A stretch of 64,000 bases of DNA. It comes from Gemmatimonadaceae bacterium. GTDB taxonomy: Bacteria > Gemmatimonadota > Gemmatimonadetes > Gemmatimonadales > Gemmatimonadaceae. Below, one piece after another: positions 18,532-27,773 of the stretch. Numbering within the stretch: position 1 is the stretch's first letter; each line of letters opens with the position of its first letter. The stretch covers positions 21,988 to 85,987 of the forward strand of contig DASYDJ010000068.1 in NCBI GenBank assembly GCA_036499625.1, read 5' to 3'. A model generated the notes under the pieces. It was given only the letters and a program-made list of their open reading frames with translations. It searched no databases and was not told the origin of the DNA. The position numbers and the translations under genes were made by a program.

Positions 18532-19125
18532 TTAAGGCAACCGATCCAGCACGTCGGGCGCGCAGCCTTTGTTCTTCTCTCTGGCGCGTTCGGCCGCGTC
18601 GTCCATTCGCGATTGCCCGCGCGAAAATCCTTCGGCAGCGTACGGCCGCACCGTCTTCCACGTCCCGTACTTGTCGGCGTACGACGCCCAGCCGCGCTCG
18701 AGCTCGGGCTCGACTTCGTCGAACTCCCGCGCCGTGAAATTTGGATTGTGGCTGGCGATTTGGCCGAGGTAGTACGCGCCGCGCACGTCGTCATACGCAC
18801 GGTCGGCAGGGCGATCTGATTGCTCGTCGTAGTGTGCGCGATAGTGCGCTTCGTCGGCGTGCGTCAACGAGCCTGCCGCCTCCGACACCGCGCGCCCGGC
18901 CCACCAACCGCCCAGCGCGCCGGCGATTCCGCCGATCAACGTCCCGACCGGCCCCGCGGCGGAGCCGATTCCCGCGCCCACGAGAACGCCGCCGATTCCG
19001 CCCGTCGCCTCGCCGAGCTCGTCACCGTGACTTGCCGGCGAGTTGTGTGCGCCGAGCGCGGCGTCCTTTGCCTGCTCGATACGTCCGTCCACGGAATCGC
19101 GCGACCGATCTGCTGAATTCGACAT
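18532..19125 (-). CDS. Glycine-zipper membrane/stress-type protein
   Basis: ATG 19125 is preceded by GGAGGAAGT. Central 'GGIGGVLVGAGIGSAAGPVGTLIGGIAGALGGWWAG'. Hydrophilic, aromatic C-terminal domain. Confidence 0.65.
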   Translation of the reverse strand: MSNSADRSRDSVDGRIEQAKDAALGAHNSPASHGDELGEATGGIGGVLVGAGIGSAAGPVGTLIGGIAGALGGWWAGRAVSEAAGSLTHADEAHYRAHYDEQSDRPADRAYDDVRGAYYLGQIASHNPNFTAREFDEVEPELERGWASYADKYGTWKTVRPYAAEGFSRGQSRMDDAAERAREKNKGCAPDVLDRLP

Positions 19126-19233
19126 GACTTCCTCCGCCCAACGAGGTCGCTGACCCATGCGCGCAAGAACGAGACCCTAGGCGCGACACCGGCAACACTT
19201 GACGCCTCTGCCGCGCTCGTACCGATTCCATAG

Positions 19234-20043
19234 ATGGCCGCAAGAATCCGAGTGGGAACGGTTGGATGGAATTACGACGCGTGGGTGGGCCCGTTCTATC
19301 CGGACGGCACCCGACCGGCCGACTTGCTGCCGGTGTATGCACGCGCGTTCGACTCAGTCGAGATCGATTCGACGTTCTACGCGATCCCGGCGTCGAAAAC
19401 CGTGCGCTCGTGGGCACAGCGCACCCCGGCAGACTTTCTTTTCTCGCTCAAGCTGCCGCAGGAGATCAGTCACGAGCGTCGCCTGCGAAACAGCGACGAG
19501 CTCGCCGCCGAATTCTTCGAGCACGCTCGCGAGCTCGGCCCCAAGCTGGGTCCGGTGCTCATTCAGCTCGGGCCGGACTTCGGGCCCGAAGAGTTGCCGG
19601 CGGTCGCACAGCTCTTACCCAAGCTGCCGAAGGACATTCGCTTCGCGATCGAATTTCGGCAGCGCCGCTGGATTCACGACGGCATCCTCGCGCTGCTGGC
19701 CGAGCACAACGTGGCGCTCGTGTTGAGCGATGGTCGGTGGATTCCACGCAAGCAAATGTTGGCGCTGGCCGAGCAGCCGACCGCCGACTTTGTCTACGTG
19801 CGGTGGATGGGTCCAGACCAGAGCATCGTCGACTACTCGCGAATTCAGGTCGACCGATCGCGCGAGCTCGAGGCGTGGGCCGAGGTGCTGCTCGCGGCGG
19901 CCGATCGCGGGCGTGAGGTGTTTGGCTATGTGTCGAACCACTTCTCGGGACACGCGCCGGAGTCGGTGCGCATGCTTCAGCGCCTCGTCCGCCAGTCCGT
20001 GGTCGACCCCGAGCACCTCGGCGAGCAAATGAGTCTTTTTTAA
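19234..20043 (+). CDS. DUF72 (YecE-like) family protein
   Basis: 'VGTVGWNYDAWVGPFYP', 'FDSVEIDSTFYAIP' and 'VLIQLGPDF'. Confidence 0.85.
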   Translation: MAARIRVGTVGWNYDAWVGPFYPDGTRPADLLPVYARAFDSVEIDSTFYAIPASKTVRSWAQRTPADFLFSLKLPQEISHERRLRNSDELAAEFFEHARELGPKLGPVLIQLGPDFGPEELPAVAQLLPKLPKDIRFAIEFRQRRWIHDGILALLAEHNVALVLSDGRWIPRKQMLALAEQPTADFVYVRWMGPDQSIVDYSRIQVDRSRELEAWAEVLLAAADRGREVFGYVSNHFSGHAPESVRMLQRLVRQSVVDPEHLGEQMSLF

Positions 20044-21176
20044 TGAGTAATTCAGGACGATGGCACGCCTATACCGCCGTCGTGGCGGCCGTGTGTGTCA
20101 TGGTTGGCGTCTACTGGGACATCTCGTGGCACATGTCGATTGGCCGCGACACGTTCTGGACACCGGCCCATTTACTCATTCAGGCCGGCGGTCTCATTGC
20201 CGGTGGCGCCTCCGGCTACGTCGCACTCCACACGACGTTCCGCGGCACTCCGGCCGAACGCGCCTCGTCGGTGAACTTCTGGGGATTCCGCGCGCCACTC
20301 GGCGCCTGGATCTCCATCTGGGGATGCGGCGCCATGCTCACGTCGGCGCCATTCGACAACTGGTGGCACAACGCCTACGGGCTCGATGTGAAAATCGTGA
20401 GCCCGCCGCACGTCGTGCTCGCCATCGGCATCTTCTCGATCGCGCTCGGCGCGCTGTTGTTGGTGCTCGCCAAACAGAATCGCGCGACAGATCGTGACCG
20501 CAAGCAGCTCGCGTGGCTGCTCGCGCTCATCGGCGGACTGATTCTCATGAACCTCGCGGTGTTCCTCACGGAATACAGCGAACGTCCTTGGCTGCATAGC
20601 GCGCTGTTCTACGAGATCACCGCTCTCGTGTTTCCGTTTGCGCTCACGACGTTGGCGCGAGCCATCAAGCTTCGCTGGGCCGCCACCGCATGCGCCGCGT
20701 TCTTCACAGGGATGATGCTCGCACTCATGTGGATCATCCAACTTTTTCCGGCGACGCCCAAGCTCGGGCCGATCTATCAGCCGGTCACGCACATGATCGC
20801 GCTGTCGTTTCCCTTGTTGATCATCGTGCCCGCGATCGGAATCGATATCGTTCTTCAACGATTCGACGGACGGGTGGACTCACCGCTGCTGGCGATCGCG
20901 GTGGGTGTGGTCTTCGTCGCCTTGTTCCTGGCGGCGGAGTGGCCGTTCGCCACGTTTCTCGTGACGAGCCCCATCGCCCGCGGCGCGTTTTTCAACGCGG
21001 CCAACTTCGTGTACTACGAGTCACCGTCCCATACGGCGGCGGCGCATCATTTCGTGCGGGCAGCGCCTGGTGCGCTGCCGTTGTCGGTTTCGCTCTTGAT
21101 CGCGGCGGGCATTGCGTCGGCGACTAGCTTGGTCGGCCTCCTCCGCGGCGAGTGGATGCGAAAGGTGCGGCGATGA
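20043..21176 (+). CDS. Polytopic membrane protein with conserved-looking His/Trp motifs, unknown function
   Basis: 377 aa with many hydrophobic helices. Motifs 'WDISWHMSIGRDTFWTPAHL' and 'PFDNWWHNAYG'. Start overlaps the DUF72 stop. Confidence 0.7.
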   Translation: MSNSGRWHAYTAVVAAVCVMVGVYWDISWHMSIGRDTFWTPAHLLIQAGGLIAGGASGYVALHTTFRGTPAERASSVNFWGFRAPLGAWISIWGCGAMLTSAPFDNWWHNAYGLDVKIVSPPHVVLAIGIFSIALGALLLVLAKQNRATDRDRKQLAWLLALIGGLILMNLAVFLTEYSERPWLHSALFYEITALVFPFALTTLARAIKLRWAATACAAFFTGMMLALMWIIQLFPATPKLGPIYQPVTHMIALSFPLLIIVPAIGIDIVLQRFDGRVDSPLLAIAVGVVFVALFLAAEWPFATFLVTSPIARGAFFNAANFVYYESPSHTAAAHHFVRAAPGALPLSVSLLIAAGIASATSLVGLLRGEWMRKVRR

Positions 21177-21207
21177 TCGCGCGGCACGATCAAATGATCG
21201 TGGCATC

Positions 21208-22710
21208 GTGAAACGCGCATTCGGCGTCATGTTCGCTGCGGCGCTATGGCTGCTGGCGTCGGCGCACGTCGGTAGTCCCGACGTCGTGTTCGACGGAGCT
21301 GCTGGACCCTATCCCGTCCGTGTGATCGTGCGGCCGCCCGACGTCGTGCCCGGTCTCGCCGACGTCATCGTTCGCGCCGTGGAACCCGGCGTCGAGCACG
21401 TGACGATCAGGCCTGTGTTCTGGCGCGTGGGAGTCGCCGGTGCGCCGGCCGGCGACGAGATGAGCCGCGTCGCCGGCCAGCAAGACGTCTACACCGGCCG
21501 ACTGTGGCTCATGGCCTTCGGCTCGTACAGTGTGTACGTCACCGTGAGCGGCGCGAAGGGAACGGGAACCGCCATCGTGCCAGTCGCGGCGCTTGCTACC
21601 GGACGCCTGCCGTTGTCGCGCGGGCTTACCATAATTCTCATTGTCCTTGGCTCGCTGCTCGTCGCGGGATTGATCACGATCGTCTACGCGGCTTCAGGCG
21701 AGAGCTTGGTCGCGCCGGGTGAGCCTTTCGATGCGCGCCGCCGCCGTCGCGCGCGACTCGTCACGACGATTTCGGCTCCGATCCTCGCGCTGTTGCTGTT
21801 CGGCGGCTCGAAATGGTGGAATGCCGAGGACAATGCGTATCGCCGGAACATGTACGGCGCGCCGGCAGCGGAGCCGACCGTCGCGGTGGATGCCACGCAT
21901 CGCACGTTGAGCGTGACCGTGCGCGACACGGCGAATTTCCGCACGCTCACCGCGCCGTTGATTCCCGATCACGGCAAGATGGTCCACCTCTTTCTGATTG
22001 CAACGAACGGATCGAACAACTTCGCGCATCTGCATCCGGTGGAGCACGACTCCGGCGCGGCGTTGATATTCACGGGCGAAGTTCCAGCACTTCCGGCCGG
22101 TCGCTATCGACTGTTTGGCGACCTCACGCTCGAGAACGGACTCAGTCTCACCGTCACCAACACCGTGGACTTGCCGGCACCGCCAAGCGTCGTCGCGCGG
22201 ACGGACTCGGACGATGCGTGGACGATGACGTCGGCTGTACCGATCGCCGCCGCGGGCGCAGTCTCGCAGCTCGGCGACGGGTACACACTCGTCTGGAACG
22301 ACAGCATTCCCCTGACATCACGCGACGCCGTGGAACTGGCATTCACGGTGCGCGACTCGGCGGGAAAGGTCGCCACGCTCGAGCCGTATCTCGGCATGGT
22401 TGCGCATGCGGCCGTTGTCCGGAGCGACGGTTCAGTGTTCATTCACTTACACCCGATGGGAACGGTGACGAGCGTCGCCCAGCAAGTATTTCGCGCGCGC
22501 GACTTGGGCGACACCACGGCGCACGGGCGGCTCGGTCCATCGGCGCTCGCCGCGTCGAATGCAGCGAGCGCGTCAATGCCGGCGATGTCGATGTCCGGCG
22601 CGATTTCCTTCCCATATGAGTTTCCTAAACCAGGTCGCTACCGGATCTGGGTTCAGGTGAGGCCCGCCACGCGGGTGCTCACCGGCACTTTCGACGTGGA
22701 CGTCCATTGA
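21208..22710 (+). CDS. Secreted protein with N-terminal His after the predicted signal cleavage site, two H-L-H-P repeats and a Met-rich patch (putative metal binding)
   Basis: GTG 21208 (or ATG 21229) gives the signal peptide 'KRAFGVMFAAALWLLASA|HVGSPD'. Two similar segments: 'MVHLFLIATNGSNNFAHLHPV...PAGRYRLFGD' and 'VAHAAVVRSDGSVFIHLHPMG...KPGRYRIWVQ'. Met-rich 'SMPAMSMSG'. Confidence 0.65.
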   Translation: MKRAFGVMFAAALWLLASAHVGSPDVVFDGAAGPYPVRVIVRPPDVVPGLADVIVRAVEPGVEHVTIRPVFWRVGVAGAPAGDEMSRVAGQQDVYTGRLWLMAFGSYSVYVTVSGAKGTGTAIVPVAALATGRLPLSRGLTIILIVLGSLLVAGLITIVYAASGESLVAPGEPFDARRRRRARLVTTISAPILALLLFGGSKWWNAEDNAYRRNMYGAPAAEPTVAVDATHRTLSVTVRDTANFRTLTAPLIPDHGKMVHLFLIATNGSNNFAHLHPVEHDSGAALIFTGEVPALPAGRYRLFGDLTLENGLSLTVTNTVDLPAPPSVVARTDSDDAWTMTSAVPIAAAGAVSQLGDGYTLVWNDSIPLTSRDAVELAFTVRDSAGKVATLEPYLGMVAHAAVVRSDGSVFIHLHPMGTVTSVAQQVFRARDLGDTTAHGRLGPSALAASNAASASMPAMSMSGAISFPYEFPKPGRYRIWVQVRPATRVLTGTFDVDVH

Positions 22711-23396
22711 AAGGCATAAAGCTCTGGCTGTTTGTTGGATTTGCGCTGGCTTCAGCGGCGGTGTTCGTTCGACTCGGATTCTGGCAGATCAGCCGCCTGC
22801 ACGAGCGGCGCGCACAGAACGCACTCATCATCTCGCGGCTCGATTCCGCCGAGGTCGACGTCAACGACATTCCGCGCGACACGGCGCTCGCGCGCTTTCG
22901 TCTCGTGCGAGTCGCCGGCATTCCCGATTACGATCACGAGCTCGTTTTCGCCGCGCGAAACTACAACGGATCGCCCGGCGTGAACTTTCTCACTCCCGTG
23001 CGCTTTCCCGGCCGCGACACCGCTGTCGTCGTCGACCGCGGCTGGGTCTACACGCCGGACGGATCCACGATCGACCACAAGCCGTGGCGCGATCGCGACT
23101 CCGTGTTCACCGGCTATGTCGAGGAGTACCCGTCGACCGGCGGCATCACGTACGTCGGCAAGCCAACGATCATTGCACGTCTATCGGCTGACGTCGTGCG
23201 CAAGGCGCTGCCGTATCCGGTCGCGCCGGTGTACGTGGTCGCGCTCAACGACTCCGTCAAAGCAATGGACCGGATCGTGCGCCTCAGTGTCCCGCCGCTC
23301 GACGAGGGGCCGCATAAGGATTATGCCATTCAATGGTTTTTCTTTGCGAGTGTCGCCCTGTTCGGCGCCGGCTACGTGATATTCGGAGGACGTTGA
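22707..23396 (+). CDS. SURF1/Shy1 family cytochrome oxidase assembly protein
   Basis: 'LGFWQISRLHERR', 'VDRGWV' and 'PHKDYAIQWFFFA'. TM helix at each end. Start overlaps the upstream stop. Confidence 0.85.
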   Translation: MKGIKLWLFVGFALASAAVFVRLGFWQISRLHERRAQNALIISRLDSAEVDVNDIPRDTALARFRLVRVAGIPDYDHELVFAARNYNGSPGVNFLTPVRFPGRDTAVVVDRGWVYTPDGSTIDHKPWRDRDSVFTGYVEEYPSTGGITYVGKPTIIARLSADVVRKALPYPVAPVYVVALNDSVKAMDRIVRLSVPPLDEGPHKDYAIQWFFFASVALFGAGYVIFGGR

Positions 23397-23671
23397 GCCC
23401 GACGTCCGCCACCAGCATGGCGCCGAGGAATGCCGCGGTCCGTGCGTCGATCTCGATCCGCGCTACGAGCAGCAACAGCACCGTAAGTGCCGACAGCGGA
23501 CAGTGGGCAAGAAGCCACTCGGCGGTTCGGTCGGCGAACGGCGAGTGCAGGGTGGCCTTGTTTGGGCGCGAGGGATGCATAATTCAGGGGTAGCAAATGG
23601 GAGCCATCGGTGGCGGCATCGCCATTGGTGTACACATAGTGGCTCCGAGTACGTCACTCAGTGAGTAATCC

Positions 23672-25585
23672 ATGTCACAGCATGTGGCTGGTCTCGCCTC
23701 CGAAAAGGAAGCGCGCGACGTCGCCGAAGCGGCGCGTGAGAGCGAATGGTCCGGCGAGAGCTTCGTTCGCGAGATGTTTCTCGGTCGATTCCGACTCGAC
23801 CTGATTCATCCGCATCCGGCAGAAGATCCGGCCGAGCCCGCGCGCGCCAAGCCGTTCATGGACAAGCTGGAAGCGTTCCTCCGGCGCGTCGATTCCGACA
23901 TGATCGACCGCACGGGCGACATTCCCGAGGCGTACGTCCAAGAGTTGCGCGACATGGGCGCATTCGGAATCAAGATTCCGAAAGAGTACGGCGGCCTCGG
24001 TCTCTCGTACTCGAGTTACGTCAAGGCGATGGCGATGGTGACGACGAAGGACGGCTCGCTCACCGCGATGCTCTCGGCGCACCAATCCATTGGATTGCCA
24101 CAACCGCTCGCGCTCTTCGGCAGCGACGAACAAAAGAAGAAATTCTTTCCGCGGCTCGCCAAAGGCGCGATCAGCGCGTTCGCACTCACCGAGGTCGACG
24201 CGGGTTCCGATCCGGCGAACATGCACACGCACGCCGAGCCGAATGGGAATGATTTCATTCTGAATGGCGAGAAGCTGTGGTGCACGAACGGCACGCGCGC
24301 CGATTTGTTCCTGGTGATGGCGCGCACGCCGGATGTCGTAGTGAACGGCAAATCACGGAAGCAGATCACAGCGTTCATCGTCGAGGCGAGCTGGCCCGGT
24401 GTCGAGGTCGTGCACCGCTGTCGCTTCATGGGGCTCAAGGCGATCGAGAACGGTGTGATTCGCTTCACGAACGTTCGCGTGCCGCGCGAGAACATCGTGT
24501 GGGGCGAGGGGAAGGGACTCAAGCTCGCGCTGATCACGTTGAACACCGGGCGACTCACGTTGCCGGCGAGTGTGGCGGGCGGAAGCAAGGCGTTGCTCGA
24601 GGCGTCGCGCACGTGGGCGAACGAGCGTGTGCAGTGGGGCGCGCCAATCGGCAAGCACGAGGCGGTCGCGCAGAAGGTGGCGATGATGGCGGCGAATACG
24701 TTCGCCATCGATTCCATCGCCGGCCTCACTGTCGGATTGGCCGAGCAGCACGGGAAATACGACATCCGGCTCGAGGCGGCGATCGCCAAGATGTACAACA
24801 CGGAGCACGGGTGGCGCATCGTGGACGACGCGCTGCAGATCCGCGGCGGCCGTGGCTACGAGACGGCGGATTCGCTACGCGCGCGCGGCGAGCGTCCCAT
24901 TCCGATCGAGCGCGCGATGCGTGATTCGCGCATCAATCTGATCTTCGAGGGGTCGTCGGAGATCATGCGATTGTTCATCGCGCGCGAAGCCGTGGACCAT
25001 CACTTCAAGACGGCGTTCGCGCTCGTGGACAAGGATGCGTCGAAGAGCGAGAAGACGGCGGCGTTCGGGCGTGTGATAAAATTTTATCCTACCTGGTATC
25101 CTGCGCGGTGGGTTGGGAAAGGGCAGATGCCTGGCTCGTTTGGGGAGTTCGGCAAGCTCGCGGGGCACATGCGATTCGCCGAGCGACACACGCGCAAATT
25201 GGGACGCGCCATTTTCCACGCGATGGTCAGACTCGGTCCCAAGCTCGAGCGTCGACAACTGGTGTTGTTTCGCGCGGTCGACATTGGCGCCGAGCTATTC
25301 GCGATGGCGGCATCGTGCGTGAAGGCGCAGATGCTCGCGAAGCAGGGGAACAAAGATGCGGCGACGCTAGCCGACTTATTCTGTCGCGCGGCGCGCGTGC
25401 GAATCGAGAACCTGTTCACCGACTTCTACGGCCACTACGACGCCGAGATGTATCGCGTGGCGCAGTCAGTGATGCGCGGCGAGCATGCGTGGATGGAGAC
25501 TGGGATCATCAGTCTGCTCGAGGACAGCGGCGGAACCGCGGCAAGTCGGCAGACTGATTCGAGAGTGGTGGCGCATACTGGCTGA
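23672..25585 (+). CDS. Long acyl-CoA dehydrogenase (FadE-like, with C-terminal extension)
   Basis: 637 aa. 'FALTEVDAGSDPANM', 'LWCTNG', 'IRGGRGYETA' and 'IFEGSSEIM'. Confidence 0.9.
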   Translation: MSQHVAGLASEKEARDVAEAARESEWSGESFVREMFLGRFRLDLIHPHPAEDPAEPARAKPFMDKLEAFLRRVDSDMIDRTGDIPEAYVQELRDMGAFGIKIPKEYGGLGLSYSSYVKAMAMVTTKDGSLTAMLSAHQSIGLPQPLALFGSDEQKKKFFPRLAKGAISAFALTEVDAGSDPANMHTHAEPNGNDFILNGEKLWCTNGTRADLFLVMARTPDVVVNGKSRKQITAFIVEASWPGVEVVHRCRFMGLKAIENGVIRFTNVRVPRENIVWGEGKGLKLALITLNTGRLTLPASVAGGSKALLEASRTWANERVQWGAPIGKHEAVAQKVAMMAANTFAIDSIAGLTVGLAEQHGKYDIRLEAAIAKMYNTEHGWRIVDDALQIRGGRGYETADSLRARGERPIPIERAMRDSRINLIFEGSSEIMRLFIAREAVDHHFKTAFALVDKDASKSEKTAAFGRVIKFYPTWYPARWVGKGQMPGSFGEFGKLAGHMRFAERHTRKLGRAIFHAMVRLGPKLERRQLVLFRAVDIGAELFAMAASCVKAQMLAKQGNKDAATLADLFCRAARVRIENLFTDFYGHYDAEMYRVAQSVMRGEHAWMETGIISLLEDSGGTAASRQTDSRVVAHTG

Positions 25586-25621
25586 TTCGGGTTCTGCTCC
25601 GGCGGTTCTCTGGGTTCGAGT

Positions 25622-25728
25622 CCCTTTTGCCGCTGATCACGCGGAAAAAACGCTGAACCGGCGCGGAGAACACCAAAGCATTTCAGCGTAAATCCGCGTT
25701 TTTTTCAGCGTATTCCGCGGCAAAAAGG
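25622..25728. repeat. Family-2 palindromic intergenic element, copy A
   Basis: Arms: CCCTTTTGCCGCTGATCACGCGGAAAAAACGCTGAACCGGCGCGGAGAAC, and the reverse complement of CCTTTTTGCCGCGGAATACGCTGAAAAAAACGCGGATTTACGCTGAAATG. It lies between convergent stops (25585 and 25765). Confidence 0.85.
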
Positions 25729-25764
25729 ACTCGTGGCTTGAATGGCTGGCCCGGACCCCAACCG

Positions 25765-25974
25765 CTACTCCGCCACGAACGCCGTATACCCCTCGTCAGC
25801 GATCGCCTCTTCGATGTCGTCGACGTTCGTCTTCGCCGGATCGTAGTCCAGCGTCACCGCGCCGATCTGCACGTCGCCGAGCTTTACGCCGGCGGTCTTC
25901 TCCAAACGTCCGCGGACCGCGCGCACGCAATGCTCGCAGGTCATGCCTTCAACTGTCAGGTTGAGTCGTTCCAT
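25765..25974 (-). CDS. Heavy-metal-associated (HMA) domain protein, CopZ-like
   Basis: 69 aa with 'GMTCEHCVRAV'. GAGAGGA SD upstream. Confidence 0.9.
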   Translation of the reverse strand: MERLNLTVEGMTCEHCVRAVRGRLEKTAGVKLGDVQIGAVTLDYDPAKTNVDDIEEAIADEGYTAFVAE

Positions 25975-26022
25975 CGTCGTCCTCTCGGGGTGTGCCGAAA
26001 GGTAACGTCAGCGTGGAAGATG

Positions 26023-26298
26023 CTAGCCGCGCTTCGGCGGCTGCGTCGACTTGAGCGGCGTGGCGGCGAACGCGCCGAGTCGCGCGGCGACGCTCGATGC
26101 GCGCCCGAGGATCGGTGCGGGCTTCGGAACTTGCGGCGCGCGCGGCACCGCGGTCGACGGTCGCGCGCTGAACGAAGGCGCAGGTTTGATCACGCGAAGT
26201 GCCGGCGGACGGCCGAGGCGCGGCGGCAAGGGCAGCGGGCCCATGGCGCGCGAAAGCGATCCGGGTAGCGATCCGCGTAGCGACGCTGGCTTCTTCAT
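26023..26298 (-). CDS. Possible small Pro/Arg/Ala-rich ORF translationally coupled to mgtE (uncertain)
   Basis: ATG 26298 overlaps the mgtE stop (ATGA). 91 aa of low complexity with no domain. It could be a GC-content artefact. Confidence 0.25.
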   Translation of the reverse strand: MKKPASLRGSLPGSLSRAMGPLPLPPRLGRPPALRVIKPAPSFSARPSTAVPRAPQVPKPAPILGRASSVAARLGAFAATPLKSTQPPKRG

Positions 26299-27773
26299 CG
26301 CAACAGAATGTGCAGCGCGACGTTGAAGTAGATGATCAACCCCGTGAAGTCCACGAACGTCGCGATGAACGGCGCCGACGCACTCGCCGGATCGAAGCCG
26401 AGGCGCCGGAAGATGAACGGCAGCATCGAGCCGACGAGTGTCCCGAAGATCACCACGCCGAGTAGCGAGATGGAAACGGTGGCGGCCACGAGATTGTGCT
26501 GCCCGGCCACGAACACCTCGACGCCGCTCACGAGCCGCAGATCGTAGTTCTTGCCGATCGCGAAGCCGAACAAATGCCAATGCGAGTCGGCCATGAACTG
26601 CCAGAGCTCGATGCGGAACAGACCAATGATGGCGAGAATCAACCCGAGAATCGCGCCCGTTGCGAGCTCGCGCGTCGCCACACGCCACCAATCGCGCAAC
26701 GACACCTCGCGAAGTGCGAGCGCGCGGATGAGCAGCGATGTGCCCTGCGAACCGGAGTTACCGCCTGAGCTAATGATCAGCGGCAGGAACAGCGCGATTA
26801 CCGACTGCTTGTCAATCTCGCCCTGGTACGAGCCGAGCACCGTCGCCGTCAGCATTTCGCCGAGGAAGAGTGCGCTGAGCCAGCCCGCGCGTTTCTTGAT
26901 CATGCGCCAGAACGAGATCGTGGAATACGGCTCGTCGAGCGCTTCCATACCGCCCAACTTCTGGACGTCTTCCGTCTGCTCTTCCTGGATCGCGTCGATG
27001 ACGTCGTCGACGGTCACCATGCCCATGATGTGCCCGGATTCGCTCACCACGGGCACTGCGAGCAGATCGTAGTTGGCGATGGCGCGAGAGACTTCCTCGC
27101 GATCGGCCGACGGCGAGACGCTCACCACTTCCGACCAGGCGATGTCGTTGATCTTTGCACCGGACGGCGCGGCCAATAACTCGCGCAACGACATGACGCC
27201 AACGACGCGCCCCTGCGCGTCGGTGGTGTAGATCGTGTTCATCGCTTCTTTCTTGCCCGAGCGCGCGACCGCGCGAACGTTGTCGAGCGCCGCCTCCACC
27301 GTCATGTCGGCAGCGACGGTGACGACTTCCGTCGTCATCAAGCCGCCGGCGGTGTCCGGTTCGTAGGCGAGAAGTCGCTCGGTCTCTTGCCGAGCTTCCG
27401 GTGTGATCTCGGAGAGGATCTCCTCGACGTGCTCTTCGTCGATCTCCTCGAGCGCGTCGGCACGATCGTCCGGCGTCATCTGCGACACCAGCTCCGCCGC
27501 TTGTCGCGGCGTGACCGACTCGAGGAATTCGGTTCTCAGCTCCTCGTCGAGATATTCGAGGACGTCCGCCGCGCGCGACGGGCCGAGCGCGGCGAGCAGC
27601 GCCTGGAGTTGATCGCGCTCGAGGAGCTCCGCGACGTCGGCCAGATCGGCCGGGTGCATCTCCTCTGTTTCGGTCGCGAGATCGGCCGGCGACTCATCGA
27701 GGAGCGCGATGATGTCGGGCGCGAGCAGCGCCGCAACCGGACGGTCTTCAGGATTTCGCTGCTGTGGCGCCAT
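26295..27773 (-). CDS. mgtE: Magnesium transporter MgtE
   Basis: 492 aa. Acidic MgtE N-domain, CBS pair and a TM domain with 'ISSGGNSGSQG' and 'PFIATFVDFTGLIIYF'. GAGGA SD. Confidence 0.92.
   Translation of the reverse strand: MAPQQRNPEDRPVAALLAPDIIALLDESPADLATETEEMHPADLADVAELLERDQLQALLAALGPSRAADVLEYLDEELRTEFLESVTPRQAAELVSQMTPDDRADALEEIDEEHVEEILSEITPEARQETERLLAYEPDTAGGLMTTEVVTVAADMTVEAALDNVRAVARSGKKEAMNTIYTTDAQGRVVGVMSLRELLAAPSGAKINDIAWSEVVSVSPSADREEVSRAIANYDLLAVPVVSESGHIMGMVTVDDVIDAIQEEQTEDVQKLGGMEALDEPYSTISFWRMIKKRAGWLSALFLGEMLTATVLGSYQGEIDKQSVIALFLPLIISSGGNSGSQGTSLLIRALALREVSLRDWWRVATRELATGAILGLILAIIGLFRIELWQFMADSHWHLFGFAIGKNYDLRLVSGVEVFVAGQHNLVAATVSISLLGVVIFGTLVGSMLPFIFRRLGFDPASASAPFIATFVDFTGLIIYFNVALHILLR

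Noticed and set aside
21112-21207. Upstream part of the 532-aa track ORF for the secreted protein
   Set aside because: It overlaps the preceding membrane-protein gene and lacks signal-peptide character. GTG 21208 or ATG 21229 gives a canonical signal peptide.
23284-23580. 98-aa minus-strand ORF with two hydrophobic segments in the SURF1/acyl-CoA dehydrogenase spacer
   Set aside because: Third-position GC is high in its first ~65 codons. However, it has no SD or -10 box and no stop until it has run 113 nt antisense into SURF1. It is kept only as a low-probability small membrane protein.
25622-25728. The repeat families as a possible CRISPR array
   Set aside because: The copies are single inverted pairs dispersed over tens of kb. 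They are not regularly spaced direct repeats with unique spacers, and there are no cas genes.
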